From: a virus
DNA: 64,000 bases
IMG/VR virus record: IMGVR_UViG_3300042894_002308
Span: 32,001-96,000 of that record
Direction: 5' to 3' (one strand)
Numbering within the stretch: position 1 is the stretch's first letter; each line of letters starts with the position of its first letter. The notes below the pieces were generated by a model. That model was not told the origin of the DNA and did not search any database. It was given only the letters and a program-made list of their open reading frames with translations. The position numbers and the translations under genes are program-made. Below are positions 29,606 through 40,592 of the stretch, in pieces.

Positions 29606-31836
29606 ACGATTGTGATATTTCCTACTGAACTAAGAACATTCCATTCATTATCGGCAACACAGCATATCAATTCAACAGCATCTCTTGCCAATGTACTTTG
29701 AATATATCCACTAACACCTACTGTGGTATCAATATTTCCGAAATGAATGACTTCAGATGCATTTTGTGCAATCTTCCAACCACTTGCAGTCATTCCACTT
29801 ACACGAAGTACAGAACCAACTGCTGCCGTGGTTGGAAGAGTAAGTGTAAGAAGAGTTGCCTTGTTTGTAAAATATCCTTTGTTTATTACTGCGGTTTGAT
29901 CGGCAGTAATGACTGACCATGGAACTGCATCGGCAAGCACATCACCCGTAAGTCCATTGAATGAAGTAACGACACCACTAGTAAGCGCAACTGTACCAGA
30001 CGCATCAGGAAGTGAAATTGTACGAGCTGCTGTTGGGTCTACTACAGTTAGTGTAGTTTCATTAGCATTATCGGATGCACCTTCAAATATTATATTAACG
30101 GGGATAAAATCTTCACTATTGGTTGTTTTTGTACCAAGATAGAGATCACCACCAGAAATTTGAACTTGCCCTTGTGCATTACCACCATTTGTTACAACCA
30201 ATGATGTCAATGATCCAAAATTGAGTCCACTTGTAGTGGGTGTTAATAAAAGATTACCGTATGGAGAAATTGCAAGATAATTTGTTGTTCCACTATTTGT
30301 TTGAATAGTATTATTTGTATTACCTAAAGTAAGCGTAGAATTTCTAATAGATGCAGTACCTGAAGTACCACCCATTGTCAAAGTAGTAGCAGCACCACCC
30401 AAATTCAATGTAGTTGCAGTTGTGTTTACGAGAGCAAATGAGGTACTTGCAGTTGTTATACTTGTTGTTATAGTTGGGCTTGTATTGAATACTAGTACAC
30501 CACCACCACCAGTTTCATTGGAAATAATCGAAGCAAGTTGTGCTGATGTAGTTGATGCAAATTGTGCTAAAGTATCAGTTGTACGAGCAATATTTATAAC
30601 AGTACCAGTTAAACCATTTACCGTTAAAACACCAGTATTACTGAATGTTAATGTGTTTCCAGACAAACTCAGATCAATTCCGTTGCCGTTGGTAATTCCA
30701 ACAGCACCAGTAAGACCACGAATAGATGCTACACCAGTAACCGCACCTGTGAGTCCATTAAATGAAATTACATAATTGGTTGGTATTTCACCAGTTGCAC
30801 CAGTGTTACCTTGAGGACCAGTACCACCAGTGTTACCAGTAGTTCCCTGAATACCTTGTGGACCAGTACCACCAGTGTTACCAGTTACTCCATTAGTACC
30901 GTTGTTACCAGTATTTCCTTGTGGACCAGTGGGACCAGTGGGACCAGTGTTACCAATGGTTCCAGTTGGACCTGCGGGACCCGTGGGACCAAGCTGAGTA
31001 TACATAACCTGATTTGCTGAAAGAATTACAGAAGGAATTGCCGGTCTAGTTGGGTTTGTTCCTGCTGGATCTGCGATAAATTCTAAACGAGTATCAGATG
31101 TTCTCCACATTAATTCAACATAATCATTAGCATCAACTTGCAACATGTAGTTCCAAGCAGCAACGGTTTTAGCTGCTGCTGCACCACCCGAAACAGTTAC
31201 AATGGTGTTACTATCTGCAATATCTGTTCCGTTTTTACGGAACCATATATCAATAGTGTCTGTACCAGATCCAGAAACTCTATCAGCCTGTGCAGAAAAC
31301 TCAATGTTATATACGCCAGGATAACTGAATGTAATTCTTGAATTGGAAACAATACTTACACCATTAGAATTTGGATCTGTATTATTGTAAGTAATTGCAT
31401 AAGCAAGTGTTGTACCTGCTGCTGCTTGGTCTTGAGTTGACCAGAAACTACCCCAGTATCCTAAAGCTCCACCTGCACCAGTAGCACCAGTGTTTCCATT
31501 ATTACCAGTATTACCTTGTGGACCTGTTGGACCAGTATTACCAGTGTTTCCTTGAGGACCAGTACCACCGGTGTTACCAGTAGCACCAGTATTACCACCA
31601 CCACCTCCACCACCAGTATAGGCAATTGTTAGTGTATTGCCTGTTGGTGTTACAGATATAGAAGTTCCTGCAGCAATATTAATTGATCCACAAAGACCAT
31701 TTAATTTTGAAACATATTGCGTCAGACCACCTGCAGGACTATAAACATCCCATGCAATACCGTTCCATTGCCATGAACGACCACCATATGAGTAAATTTC
31801 ATTAAGTGCTGGTGATGTAGGAAAATCTAATGCCAT
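29602..31836 (-). CDS. Collagen-like fibre protein with a BclA-C/C1q-like domain
   Basis: MALDFPTSP...WQWNG N-terminus; G-X-T triplets; [10 protein letters not shown]...WFRKNG domain; SFNGLTG repeats. Confidence 0.8.
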   Translation of the reverse strand: MALDFPTSPALNEIYSYGGRSWQWNGIAWDVYSPAGGLTQYVSKLNGLCGSINIAAGTSISVTPTGNTLTIAYTGGGGGGGNTGATGNTGGTGPQGNTGNTGPTGPQGNTGNNGNTGATGAGGALGYWGSFWSTQDQAAAGTTLAYAITYNNTDPNSNGVSIVSNSRITFSYPGVYNIEFSAQADRVSGSGTDTIDIWFRKNGTDIADSNTIVTVSGGAAAAKTVAAWNYMLQVDANDYVELMWRTSDTRLEFIADPAGTNPTRPAIPSVILSANQVMYTQLGPTGPAGPTGTIGNTGPTGPTGPQGNTGNNGTNGVTGNTGGTGPQGIQGTTGNTGGTGPQGNTGATGEIPTNYVISFNGLTGAVTGVASIRGLTGAVGITNGNGIDLSLSGNTLTFSNTGVLTVNGLTGTVINIARTTDTLAQFASTTSAQLASIISNETGGGGVLVFNTSPTITTSITTASTSFALVNTTATTLNLGGAATTLTMGGTSGTASIRNSTLTLGNTNNTIQTNSGTTNYLAISPYGNLLLTPTTSGLNFGSLTSLVVTNGGNAQGQVQISGGDLYLGTKTTNSEDFIPVNIIFEGASDNANETTLTVVDPTAARTISLPDASGTVALTSGVVTSFNGLTGDVLADAVPWSVITADQTAVINKGYFTNKATLLTLTLPTTAAVGSVLRVSGMTASGWKIAQNASEVIHFGNIDTTVGVSGYIQSTLARDAVELICCVADNEWNVLSSVGNITIV

Positions 31837-31864
31837 GTGTTAATATTTATGTTATATTGCATAC

Positions 31865-34759
31865 TTACCAGAACTTAAGAGTACGCCACATTTCCTGACC
31901 AGTATGACGCATGACGTACAGATATGTTAAACCATCAACAGTTTTTACAATTTCAAATTTATTGCTGAGGGTTGCTGTGCTATGAGCATACGGAATAGAT
32001 GTTGCTGTTTCTACTTGGAACTTAGAAAGGTCTAGTTGATAAATGCGGTTTGTAGCATCTTTGGTGAAGTAATACGAATCAACTCCGTCATAGACATACA
32101 TGGAACCTGTAGTCAAAGTAGTTGTAATTGGTGTAATGAATGGCGTGAGTTCCCAAGTTGATGTTGGGATATCAAATATATCAAAAATATTTGAAGCACC
32201 ACCACGGGGAGAAATCAACCATCTTCCTTTTTTATCTACATCAGAAACACCAAACAGCCATTTTATATCAATACCTGTGCTTCTTGCTGGAATTTCATAA
32301 ATTGCATAGAACGTAGTTATGTCGTTTGAAGACAATGAAGGTATAGTAATTACTGTCCCAGTATTTGACGTTACTGAAACTTCTACGGTTGTTGTACCAC
32401 CAGAAGAAGAAGCGGTTCCTGCAATATAACGAATTCTTTTTCCTGCCAGATAGTTTGTTGGGAAATTTTTATTTGCATCAGTAACAGTTGTTGTTCCTGC
32501 ACCAGTAGTTACTATTCCATACGAGTCCATAATCTCATACTTTGAAGTTGCATCTGGTGTTGCAACGTTCCAAGAAGCCACGGTTAGAGTAGTTGCACTG
32601 TTGGAAGTGATTACAACATCATTTCCTTCTCCCGTTCCTGAAACAATTCTGACACGGCAGTTTTGATATTGATTGATTCTCCAGTTTTTGGTTGTGTCAA
32701 CCAAAGTTGTCGATGATCCTGAAGTCGCCCAACCCAACGGAGATCTTTCTGCTACTTTATCAATGCACATTGCACCGAATGGTCGTGCTTCTTGAATTAT
32801 GTAACGAGATGTTCCGTTTGTCATTGCTGAAATTGCAGATGACAAAGTTAATGTTGTTGCAGTATTTGCGGTAATACGTTTGGCACCCAAGTTAGTTGGA
32901 GACGTTCCCGGTGCTTGTACAAATACCACTCTTCCGACATGTTCGTTTGTATTCCAATTTTGAGAAGCATCTACAATCAAAGATGTGGTGAGTGAGCTGG
33001 CCGCAGTTGGGCTTTGTGTTGCGGCAGAATTTGCAGCAATGCTAAATGCGGTTAGAGAGTTTGTTCCTATGACTGCAAATGTATTGTTAAAAGTTGTTTC
33101 TGTGGCACAACCAGCAATAGTAACAAATTCACCATGCCTGAAATCGTGATTTACTGCTGTAACTACGTTTCCTACTTTTCCAACAGTAAGAGTTATTGTA
33201 AGACCAGAACCAGCACCACCTGAAGTGGTTGAAGAACCGTTTGCATAACCGCTTCCAGATGCAGCAAGTTGCAAAGATGTTACTAGACCACCACCAGTGA
33301 CTCCGGTAACATATACTTGACCGTTTGATCCTGTGGTTGTACAAGTAACTAAATCTCCTACCACATAGTTTGTTCCTGCTGCATTTACTGCAACGCTTAA
33401 AATACCGCTTGCGCTGTATGTTATGCTTGTTATTGCATATCCTTCATGTGGTGGTCCATAGGAACCAGTATTTCCGGCAGCAGGAGTTGCAGAAATTTGT
33501 CTAGCGACACCAGTATCTACGATTGGCGCACTTGACCACAAATCATTTTCAACCGAATATTGATACAGTGCTGATGAAGCGTTTCCAGCAAGCCACATTT
33601 TGTCGGTATCTCCGTATATTGCATAACCCGATGTGTTATCTGGAGTAATATCCCATTTCTTTTCAACATAAAAAGTATCTGATGAGTTTGCAGCAATTCT
33701 TCTTCGTTGTCCAATTCCTTGACCAGAAACAATTCTCAACTGATAATTTGCATAGCGGTCGTATTCATAAGTTGCTCCGGTTTGAACCAATGTTTTTGCA
33801 GCAGCAGAAGAAGCAGTCACACCGCTAATAAATACTCCACCAGCCTCACCTGTTCTGTCAATTGCAAAATCCGTACCTAAGGCAGCAGCATGATGCATTG
33901 GACCTGAAGGGGTTTTTGTGAACCAAGAATCCAAAAGAATATCATAGTATTGAAACGCAGCAAATGGTGTGGATGCAGCTGCTGTCATCAGCCAAATTCC
34001 ACCCGTCATTATTTGGTATATTGAACTTTCATCGGGAGTAACCGTCCAAGATGAATCTACAGTCAAAACACTGGATTCAATTACAAAGTTAGTTTGCGCA
34101 CCAGCAGTTGTAACTGGTACTGCAAAGGGGGTTACGGCAGAAAAACCAGTATTGTTAAAACAATCTACTGCTTGATGGTTGGTATCAGAGAATGTCAGAG
34201 TGGTTGTATCATTGTAAAGAATTCTTCTTACTTGAGACTGACCAGTACTGAATGTCAAACGACAGTTGTAACCGTCCCATTGATTAACTCTCCATTTTTT
34301 GGTAGAGTCACCGATTTGAGTTGCGCTGGCAGTTGTTGCCAAACCATTGTCGTGAATAATTCCATCCGAGCAAGCAGTAATTGTTCTTTCTTGTCCTGCA
34401 CCAGTACCATAAAGAATTCTAATTTTATTTCCTACACAAACATTCCCCAGTCTACCAAGTCCACCAATTTTTATGGTGGTGGAAGTTGCGCTGATTGTAT
34501 GTCCTCTGCTTCCAGAGTATGCAGCATATTTTCCGGCAACGGCAGTGGCAGGAGCAATATTTGGTGCAGCACATTCTTGCCATGAATCACTATAGGTATC
34601 ATATCGCCACATTGCCTGACCGACAATGTAGTACATATATCGTGCGGTTTCATCAGAGGACAACAAAGTAGCGGTGCTGCTTGTTGCTGTTGGGGCAAAG
34701 CGCATCCACTCAAATACTGGTTGATCAACTTGTTTCTTTAAAAGATTTGTAACTGGCAT
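31865..34759 (-). CDS. Large virion protein: beta-propeller-like scaffold with six inserted repeat modules
   Basis: Repeats of D..KNW..N......RI..G.G.GQ.R.I..N...TLT....W...PD..S.Y.I. Confidence 0.65.
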   Translation of the reverse strand: MPVTNLLKKQVDQPVFEWMRFAPTATSSTATLLSSDETARYMYYIVGQAMWRYDTYSDSWQECAAPNIAPATAVAGKYAAYSGSRGHTISATSTTIKIGGLGRLGNVCVGNKIRILYGTGAGQERTITACSDGIIHDNGLATTASATQIGDSTKKWRVNQWDGYNCRLTFSTGQSQVRRILYNDTTTLTFSDTNHQAVDCFNNTGFSAVTPFAVPVTTAGAQTNFVIESSVLTVDSSWTVTPDESSIYQIMTGGIWLMTAAASTPFAAFQYYDILLDSWFTKTPSGPMHHAAALGTDFAIDRTGEAGGVFISGVTASSAAAKTLVQTGATYEYDRYANYQLRIVSGQGIGQRRRIAANSSDTFYVEKKWDITPDNTSGYAIYGDTDKMWLAGNASSALYQYSVENDLWSSAPIVDTGVARQISATPAAGNTGSYGPPHEGYAITSITYSASGILSVAVNAAGTNYVVGDLVTCTTTGSNGQVYVTGVTGGGLVTSLQLAASGSGYANGSSTTSGGAGSGLTITLTVGKVGNVVTAVNHDFRHGEFVTIAGCATETTFNNTFAVIGTNSLTAFSIAANSAATQSPTAASSLTTSLIVDASQNWNTNEHVGRVVFVQAPGTSPTNLGAKRITANTATTLTLSSAISAMTNGTSRYIIQEARPFGAMCIDKVAERSPLGWATSGSSTTLVDTTKNWRINQYQNCRVRIVSGTGEGNDVVITSNSATTLTVASWNVATPDATSKYEIMDSYGIVTTGAGTTTVTDANKNFPTNYLAGKRIRYIAGTASSSGGTTTVEVSVTSNTGTVITIPSLSSNDITTFYAIYEIPARSTGIDIKWLFGVSDVDKKGRWLISPRGGASNIFDIFDIPTSTWELTPFITPITTTLTTGSMYVYDGVDSYYFTKDATNRIYQLDLSKFQVETATSIPYAHSTATLSNKFEIVKTVDGLTYLYVMRHTGQEMWRTLKFW

Positions 34760-34771
34760 AATATTTTCCTA

Positions 34772-35395
34772 TTAAGTGAATGATAATTTAGAACGAATTG
34801 CTTGAGCATAACAAGCTTGAGCGTCATTGGCTACACGCCATAGTTGGTGAAGTGGTGCTTCTGATATATATCCTAGAGTAGCGTTTGTATTTAAACTGTA
34901 GGGATTTCCTGTCGCAGTTTGTGCAAAATTTCCTGTGAGAATATTAGCGACTTGTGCTGTAACTGTTCCTGAAACAGGCATAGTTGTATTAATTTCAGTT
35001 GGGTTGGATGAATTGTTTGCGCCAATTGCTTCAATCGTAACTCTTTGTCGAAGTTTGCTATCTACAACAGCATTGCTTTCGAGCAATTTATTCATGCGGC
35101 GAAGAAGTGTTGCTAGACTTTCTTCATAACTCTCAACATCAATGTAAATTTGCAATGCATCAGTTGCATTCATGGATGCTGTATTATAATCTAAAGTCAG
35201 CACATTGCTAGCAAAACTTACTGCACCATTTGTAGAATCTGCAAAATTATAAATTATTGTGTTTGCAGTGGTATTGGTAATAAGAAGAATATTTGCAAGT
35301 GTAATAGTATATTGAAGACCTGTAAAAGTTACGGTCTTGGCTGCTGGATCAAAGATGTATCCACCTACTATATCTGTTCCGACTAATCTTTTCAT
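34772..35395 (-). CDS. Virion structural/fibre adaptor protein
   Basis: YIFDPAAKTVTF...LLITNTT...IIYNFAD; TATAAATA at 35409-35416; GAGG SD. Confidence 0.65.
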   Translation of the reverse strand: MKRLVGTDIVGGYIFDPAAKTVTFTGLQYTITLANILLITNTTANTIIYNFADSTNGAVSFASNVLTLDYNTASMNATDALQIYIDVESYEESLATLLRRMNKLLESNAVVDSKLRQRVTIEAIGANNSSNPTEINTTMPVSGTVTAQVANILTGNFAQTATGNPYSLNTNATLGYISEAPLHQLWRVANDAQACYAQAIRSKLSFT

Positions 35396-35411
35396 TTGTG
35401 TTCCTCTCTAT

Positions 35412-37376
35412 TTATAGCACAGTTGCCATAGCAATTACAAACGCATAATTCACAACACCATCTGCACCGGTGTTACCTTGTGGGCCTGTAGGACCTGTGT
35501 TTCCTTGAATACCAGTGTTTCCTTGAGGACCAATATCCCCCGTAGCACCAGTATTACCAGTTACACCTTGAATACCTTGAGGACCAGTACCACCAGTGTT
35601 ACCAGTTATACCCTGAATACCTTGAGGACCAGTGCCACCAGTGTTACCAGTTATACCTTGAATACCTTGAGGACCAGTACCACCAGTGTTACCAATTACT
35701 CCTTGAATACCTTGAGGACCAGTGCCACCAGTATTTCCTTGAGGACCAGGAACAACTGAATCAGCACCAGTAGCACCAGTGTTTCCTTGAGGACCTGTTG
35801 GACCTGTGTTTCCCTGAGAACCAGTTGGACCTTGAACAGTAGAAGCAGCACCAGTTGCCCCAGTGTTTCCTTGAGGACCTTGTGGTCCAGTTGGACCAGT
35901 TACACCTTGAGGACCTTGAGAACCATTAGTAGTTGGCTGAATCCACTGCGAACTATTGCCATCATCAATATAAACATATTCAATACCAGTATCGGAAGCC
36001 ATCCAACGGTATCCCATTGTAATACCAGGATCTGTTGGTTCTGACAATTGATAGTAGTATGTACTTCCCCCACCACCACCGCCTCCTCCAGAACCACCAA
36101 CAATACTAATATCTACATTTTTTCTTCTTCTGGTGATTGTAATATTGTCACCAATAAAATTAATCGTATTGGGATTACGAATAATTTTATCACCATTCAA
36201 ACTTATATCAACACCACCGCCACCAGCAGGTGTTGTCATTGCACCAATACGATCTATTGCCTTTTGAATATCATCATTTTTAAATGTATTCAGAACATTT
36301 GTAACGTGTTCTGAATGAAATGACAATACTCCATTATCTAATACAAGAGGAAATTCTGCTTCAAGTACTGGAGATTCTCCCGCAGGACCTTGAGGACCTA
36401 CGAGCCCATCTTTGCCTCGTTCGCCCTTTGCACCATTAGAACCCGGAATGCCCACAGGTCCTCGATCACCTTTTTCTCCCTTTTCACCACGAAGACCTTG
36501 CAGACCAATGGAGCCTTGAGGTCCAATCGGACCTTCAGGACCAACTCTACCTTGCTCACCTTGTGCGCCCGGAACACCTTGTGGACCAACCAATCCTTGA
36601 TCGCCTTGATCGCCTTTATCACCCTTGTCTCCTTGAATGCCTTGCTTACCTTGTAGCCCTTGTGCTCCTCGTGCACCGATATCTCCGTTATCACCTTTTG
36701 GACCTTGTGGACCAACTTCTCCTTGAGGACCGATTTCACCTTGTGGACCAACCTCTCCTTGAATACCACGATCTCCACGAAGACCTTGAATTCCTTGCTT
36801 ACCTTGAAGACCTTCATCACCCTTAAAACCTTGAACACCCATAACTGGTGTTGTTTCTTTAACTATAGTTCGTTCTATAATTTCAATCTTGGTCTTTGGT
36901 GCAACTGGCTTTACTGCTGGTAATTTTACAGGTATAACAACTTCTTCAAACAAATTTTTAATCTGATGAGAGTTACCATAAAATTTAATAACTTTGTTTG
37001 TATCTTTTTGAATGAAATAATGCTCACTGATACCGTGACCAAGTTGCATTTTTTCATCATACGGACAAGAAGAAATTTCTTTCAGTACTTGATTCTGTAA
37101 TAAAGAACCAATAGGTCTTTTAACTTTGAAAGAAGTTCCTTGAAGTCCTTCAAAGGTTTGTACTGGAATGAATAATTCTTTAATTTTAGAAGAATTACCT
37201 TCGATTAAATATTCTTCACCATCAGAATTTCTTAGATATAATTGTGATATACCAGACCCAACTCTTATAACTTTTGGATTTGTCAGATATTCGACAATGT
37301 GGTATTCACAGCCTTGCAGCAGTTCTGAGTGCTGTTTTGCCAGTTTTAAAGATGTTTTGTTCTTTCCGAAGAACAT
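35412..37376 (-). CDS. Collagen-like protein with two distinct G-X-Y domains
   Basis: A charged, Thr-free collagen of about 50 triplets and a Thr-rich collagen; CCTAAATA at 37383-37390. Confidence 0.85.
   Translation of the reverse strand: MFFGKNKTSLKLAKQHSELLQGCEYHIVEYLTNPKVIRVGSGISQLYLRNSDGEEYLIEGNSSKIKELFIPVQTFEGLQGTSFKVKRPIGSLLQNQVLKEISSCPYDEKMQLGHGISEHYFIQKDTNKVIKFYGNSHQIKNLFEEVVIPVKLPAVKPVAPKTKIEIIERTIVKETTPVMGVQGFKGDEGLQGKQGIQGLRGDRGIQGEVGPQGEIGPQGEVGPQGPKGDNGDIGARGAQGLQGKQGIQGDKGDKGDQGDQGLVGPQGVPGAQGEQGRVGPEGPIGPQGSIGLQGLRGEKGEKGDRGPVGIPGSNGAKGERGKDGLVGPQGPAGESPVLEAEFPLVLDNGVLSFHSEHVTNVLNTFKNDDIQKAIDRIGAMTTPAGGGGVDISLNGDKIIRNPNTINFIGDNITITRRRKNVDISIVGGSGGGGGGGGSTYYYQLSEPTDPGITMGYRWMASDTGIEYVYIDDGNSSQWIQPTTNGSQGPQGVTGPTGPQGPQGNTGATGAASTVQGPTGSQGNTGPTGPQGNTGATGADSVVPGPQGNTGGTGPQGIQGVIGNTGGTGPQGIQGITGNTGGTGPQGIQGITGNTGGTGPQGIQGVTGNTGATGDIGPQGNTGIQGNTGPTGPQGNTGADGVVNYAFVIAMATVL
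35550..35747 (-). repeat. About 4 tandem 45-nt repeats encoding [15 protein letters not shown]
   Basis: Near-identical ccttgaataccttgaggaccagt.ccaccagtgttaccag units. Confidence 0.85.
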
Positions 37377-37401
37377 TTATATTATTTAGGGTCCGATTTC
37401 A

Positions 37402-40400
37402 TTAGACTGGAATACACTCAAAGTAAACACCATTATATGTAAATCCTCCACCAGTGCGTATACTACAAGTAATTGGATATAAATCTACACCTTCACCATC
37501 ACATACACTACCATCTCCTAGAGGCATTTGATTTGGATCTGTACTGCATAATGTACTACCAAATGGACCACCACGACCATCATAGGCATTATATGTAGTT
37601 CCACGTATTAACATTGCGAAACCAGCAACATCACGATCTACACCGCCTAAACTTATTGCACTATAAAATGCCGGTGAATTTAATATAGTCAAGCCACTAT
37701 AGGATCCTTTAAACAGACCAGGATCTATAGAGGCTAGACTTCCATATAGAGAATAATTTAACCACCAAGTACCTACACCTAGAGTAGTACCTCCAACATC
37801 ATCACCACTTAAACTTAATTGAATTAATTCCCCAACAACTGCAGTTGCACCTTGAATCTGTAATGTACCGTTTCCAGGTATAACAACACTTGAAGACGGG
37901 TATCCATTAGAGGATGTTTTTCTTGTCTGCCATATACTAGGTGTAGACAAGAATGTGCGTGGTGTTGGAATCCATCTATCAGATCCATTGTATGAAATTA
38001 TATCACCAGCACACAATCCGTTTGCTGGAAGATTTGGATATAATCTAGAAATTATTGCAGAACCATCTGTAACACCACTACTTCCACTACTACTACCACT
38101 AATTGTAATACTGTTCGATGTAGCACAAGTACCGATGGTAATATTTGATCCGGCAAGTAAAGTAACATCCCCTGTCAGTCCACCAAAACCAGTTGTAAAT
38201 AAACCATGAACACCTTGATTTGTAATAGTAACATTACCTGTTGCACCTGATACTGAAATAGCGGTTCCAGCAACAGCCGTGCATACACCTTGAAGTGCTC
38301 CAGTTTTTCCATTAAAACTTCTTACAACAGTACCAAGATAAGTTCCACTTACATTAAGATTATTACCACCAGTAACTGTGAGAGTTCCATATGCAATTGT
38401 ACTAACACCTTGACTAGCACCACCAATACTTAAGACAGCATCTTTTAAATTAACATTTGAGGTAACAAAACTACCAACGTGTGATAAACCTATACTTTTA
38501 GTAGTATCTGTTGATGTAATGCTATTAATATCAGTAAGATTAGATGATAAACTTAATGTTAAATTTCCTGTTCCTCCAACTGGACTTACATTAATTTGTG
38601 ATGATGTTCCAATTATTTGACGAACACCAGTATTAGTAATAGTTACATTGCCAGTAGAACCTGTTAAGAAAATTCCAGCTCCTGAGTTAACTGATCCAAC
38701 ACCTACTACATTACCGGTAAGACCATTAAATCTGTTGACAAGATTTCCTTCAATATCATTTACAGATCCATCAAAAGATATATTAGAAGCATACACATTG
38801 ATAGAATTAGTTTGATTTGTTATCTCTATTCCGGGTACTGTTTTACTTACACCAGATCCAACTTTTGTAACGTTACTACCATAAAGAGTTAATGCATCAT
38901 TAGTTGTATTGATAAAAATTCCACTTGCATTACACACACCCGTAATATAAACAGTATCATCAAGAATAATTGGACCACATGAGCCACATGCTCCAGTAGA
39001 TGAGAAGATTATAGAATTACCCGATAAAGTAATTCCCATATTATTTCCAGCAGCTAAAGTTACTGCACCTGTGAGACCATTAATAAAATTAATAATATTA
39101 GGTGCACTTATATTTCCGGAGAATGATGCACCAGATGCAGAAATACCTCTACTTGCACTCACAAGACCTGTAAAAGATGCTGTAATACCTTTCAGTGTTC
39201 CTGATAAAGTAACACCACGACTTGCAGAAATACCTGCATTAAACGTATTAAGTCCTGTGAAGTTTGCAGTAACACCTGTAAGAGTTCCACTAAGATTTGC
39301 ACTGGCACCATTGATTAACAGGCTATTAAAATTTACATCGCTTGTGGACACTTCAAGATAAGATCCAGTTTGATCGCCTATTTGTACACTACTGGTGCTA
39401 TCAAGTACTATAAGAGCACCAGTAGTAAGAGATATATTATTTGCAGAAGGGGTACTTAATACAATTGCACCATCACTATTAATGTTTAAACCCTCAGTCA
39501 CAATGTTTATCGGATTACCACCAATATAATTACTAATATTATCTGTGTAAATAGTACCAGTAGAATTGATAGTTAGTGCTGTTAAACTTCCTGTTGTTGT
39601 AACCATTGACCCTACACTAGGGGTATAAACCCATCTTGGTACAGAAGTATCAACATAAATTCCTGTGTTACCAGTTCCAGTCGCAAGAGCCAAACAGAAA
39701 CTTCCAGTTCCTGCTTCAGTAATTTGAATTCTAGACGTGCTTCCCGACGTTAATCCACTTGCATTACCTGTGAGATTTGTTCCGAGACCAGAGAAGCCAA
39801 CCGTAGAGGATACAAGTCCTGTGAATTCAGCACCACCTAATGTTACACCTGTTACTGCACCTGTTAGTCCGTTGAAAGTAATAACATAAGGACCACTTAT
39901 ACCATCGGCACCAGTATTACCAGGGGCACCAGTAGCACCAGTATTTCCTGCTGATCCAGTAGGACCTTGTATACCAGGATCACCTTTATCACCCTTTTGT
40001 CCAACAGCACCATTAAGATTTACATTCCAGTCATTAAAATATCCTGTACCTGTAACAGAATTAACGGTAAGAGATAAGTTTATACCAGTATAACCATTAA
40101 CTGTTGCAATAAAATATTGAGATAAACCGGCTGCAACTAAAACAGTTTGAACTTTAGTATAGGCTAATCCAGTTGGTATGGTTAACGTGACACCAGAACC
40201 AGAACAAATACCTGATAGGGTTATACCTACTTTGCTTGTGGTACTATAAATATCCCCAGCCAGACCAGTAGCACCAGTATTTCCAGTAGCACCATTGGCA
40301 CCAGTAGCACCCGTATTTCCTTGAGGACCAGTAGCACCCGTATTTCCTTGAGCACCCTGTGCTCCGGGATCACCTTGTTCACCGGGATTACCTTTTGCAC

Positions 40401-40554
40401 CAATATTACCTTGAACTCCCTGAGGACCTGTAGGTCCTGGAGGTCCTGTAGGACCCATTAAAGTACTACCAGGTCCAACGGGTCCTTGTGGTCCGGTGGT
40501 TCCAGGAACTCCATAAGGAGTTCCGTAAACTATTACATTAATGATGTCTTCCAT
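37402..40554 (-). CDS. Collagen-containing long fibre protein
   Basis: N-terminal G-X-Y region; repeated FNGLTGAV modules; TATAAATA at 40564-40571. Confidence 0.8.
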   Translation of the reverse strand: MEDIINVIVYGTPYGVPGTTGPQGPVGPGSTLMGPTGPPGPTGPQGVQGNIGAKGNPGEQGDPGAQGAQGNTGATGPQGNTGATGANGATGNTGATGLAGDIYSTTSKVGITLSGICSGSGVTLTIPTGLAYTKVQTVLVAAGLSQYFIATVNGYTGINLSLTVNSVTGTGYFNDWNVNLNGAVGQKGDKGDPGIQGPTGSAGNTGATGAPGNTGADGISGPYVITFNGLTGAVTGVTLGGAEFTGLVSSTVGFSGLGTNLTGNASGLTSGSTSRIQITEAGTGSFCLALATGTGNTGIYVDTSVPRWVYTPSVGSMVTTTGSLTALTINSTGTIYTDNISNYIGGNPINIVTEGLNINSDGAIVLSTPSANNISLTTGALIVLDSTSSVQIGDQTGSYLEVSTSDVNFNSLLINGASANLSGTLTGVTANFTGLNTFNAGISASRGVTLSGTLKGITASFTGLVSASRGISASGASFSGNISAPNIINFINGLTGAVTLAAGNNMGITLSGNSIIFSSTGACGSCGPIILDDTVYITGVCNASGIFINTTNDALTLYGSNVTKVGSGVSKTVPGIEITNQTNSINVYASNISFDGSVNDIEGNLVNRFNGLTGNVVGVGSVNSGAGIFLTGSTGNVTITNTGVRQIIGTSSQINVSPVGGTGNLTLSLSSNLTDINSITSTDTTKSIGLSHVGSFVTSNVNLKDAVLSIGGASQGVSTIAYGTLTVTGGNNLNVSGTYLGTVVRSFNGKTGALQGVCTAVAGTAISVSGATGNVTITNQGVHGLFTTGFGGLTGDVTLLAGSNITIGTCATSNSITISGSSSGSSGVTDGSAIISRLYPNLPANGLCAGDIISYNGSDRWIPTPRTFLSTPSIWQTRKTSSNGYPSSSVVIPGNGTLQIQGATAVVGELIQLSLSGDDVGGTTLGVGTWWLNYSLYGSLASIDPGLFKGSYSGLTILNSPAFYSAISLGGVDRDVAGFAMLIRGTTYNAYDGRGGPFGSTLCSTDPNQMPLGDGSVCDGEGVDLYPITCSIRTGGGFTYNGVYFECIPV

Positions 40555-40592
40555 GTGGTAATATATTTATATCAAGTGCATGTTATTTAATT

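Noticed and set aside
35478-36923. Several short ORFs overlapping the collagen gene; CRISPR-like periodicity
   Set aside because: Shadows of G-X-Y coding repeats; there are no unique spacers.
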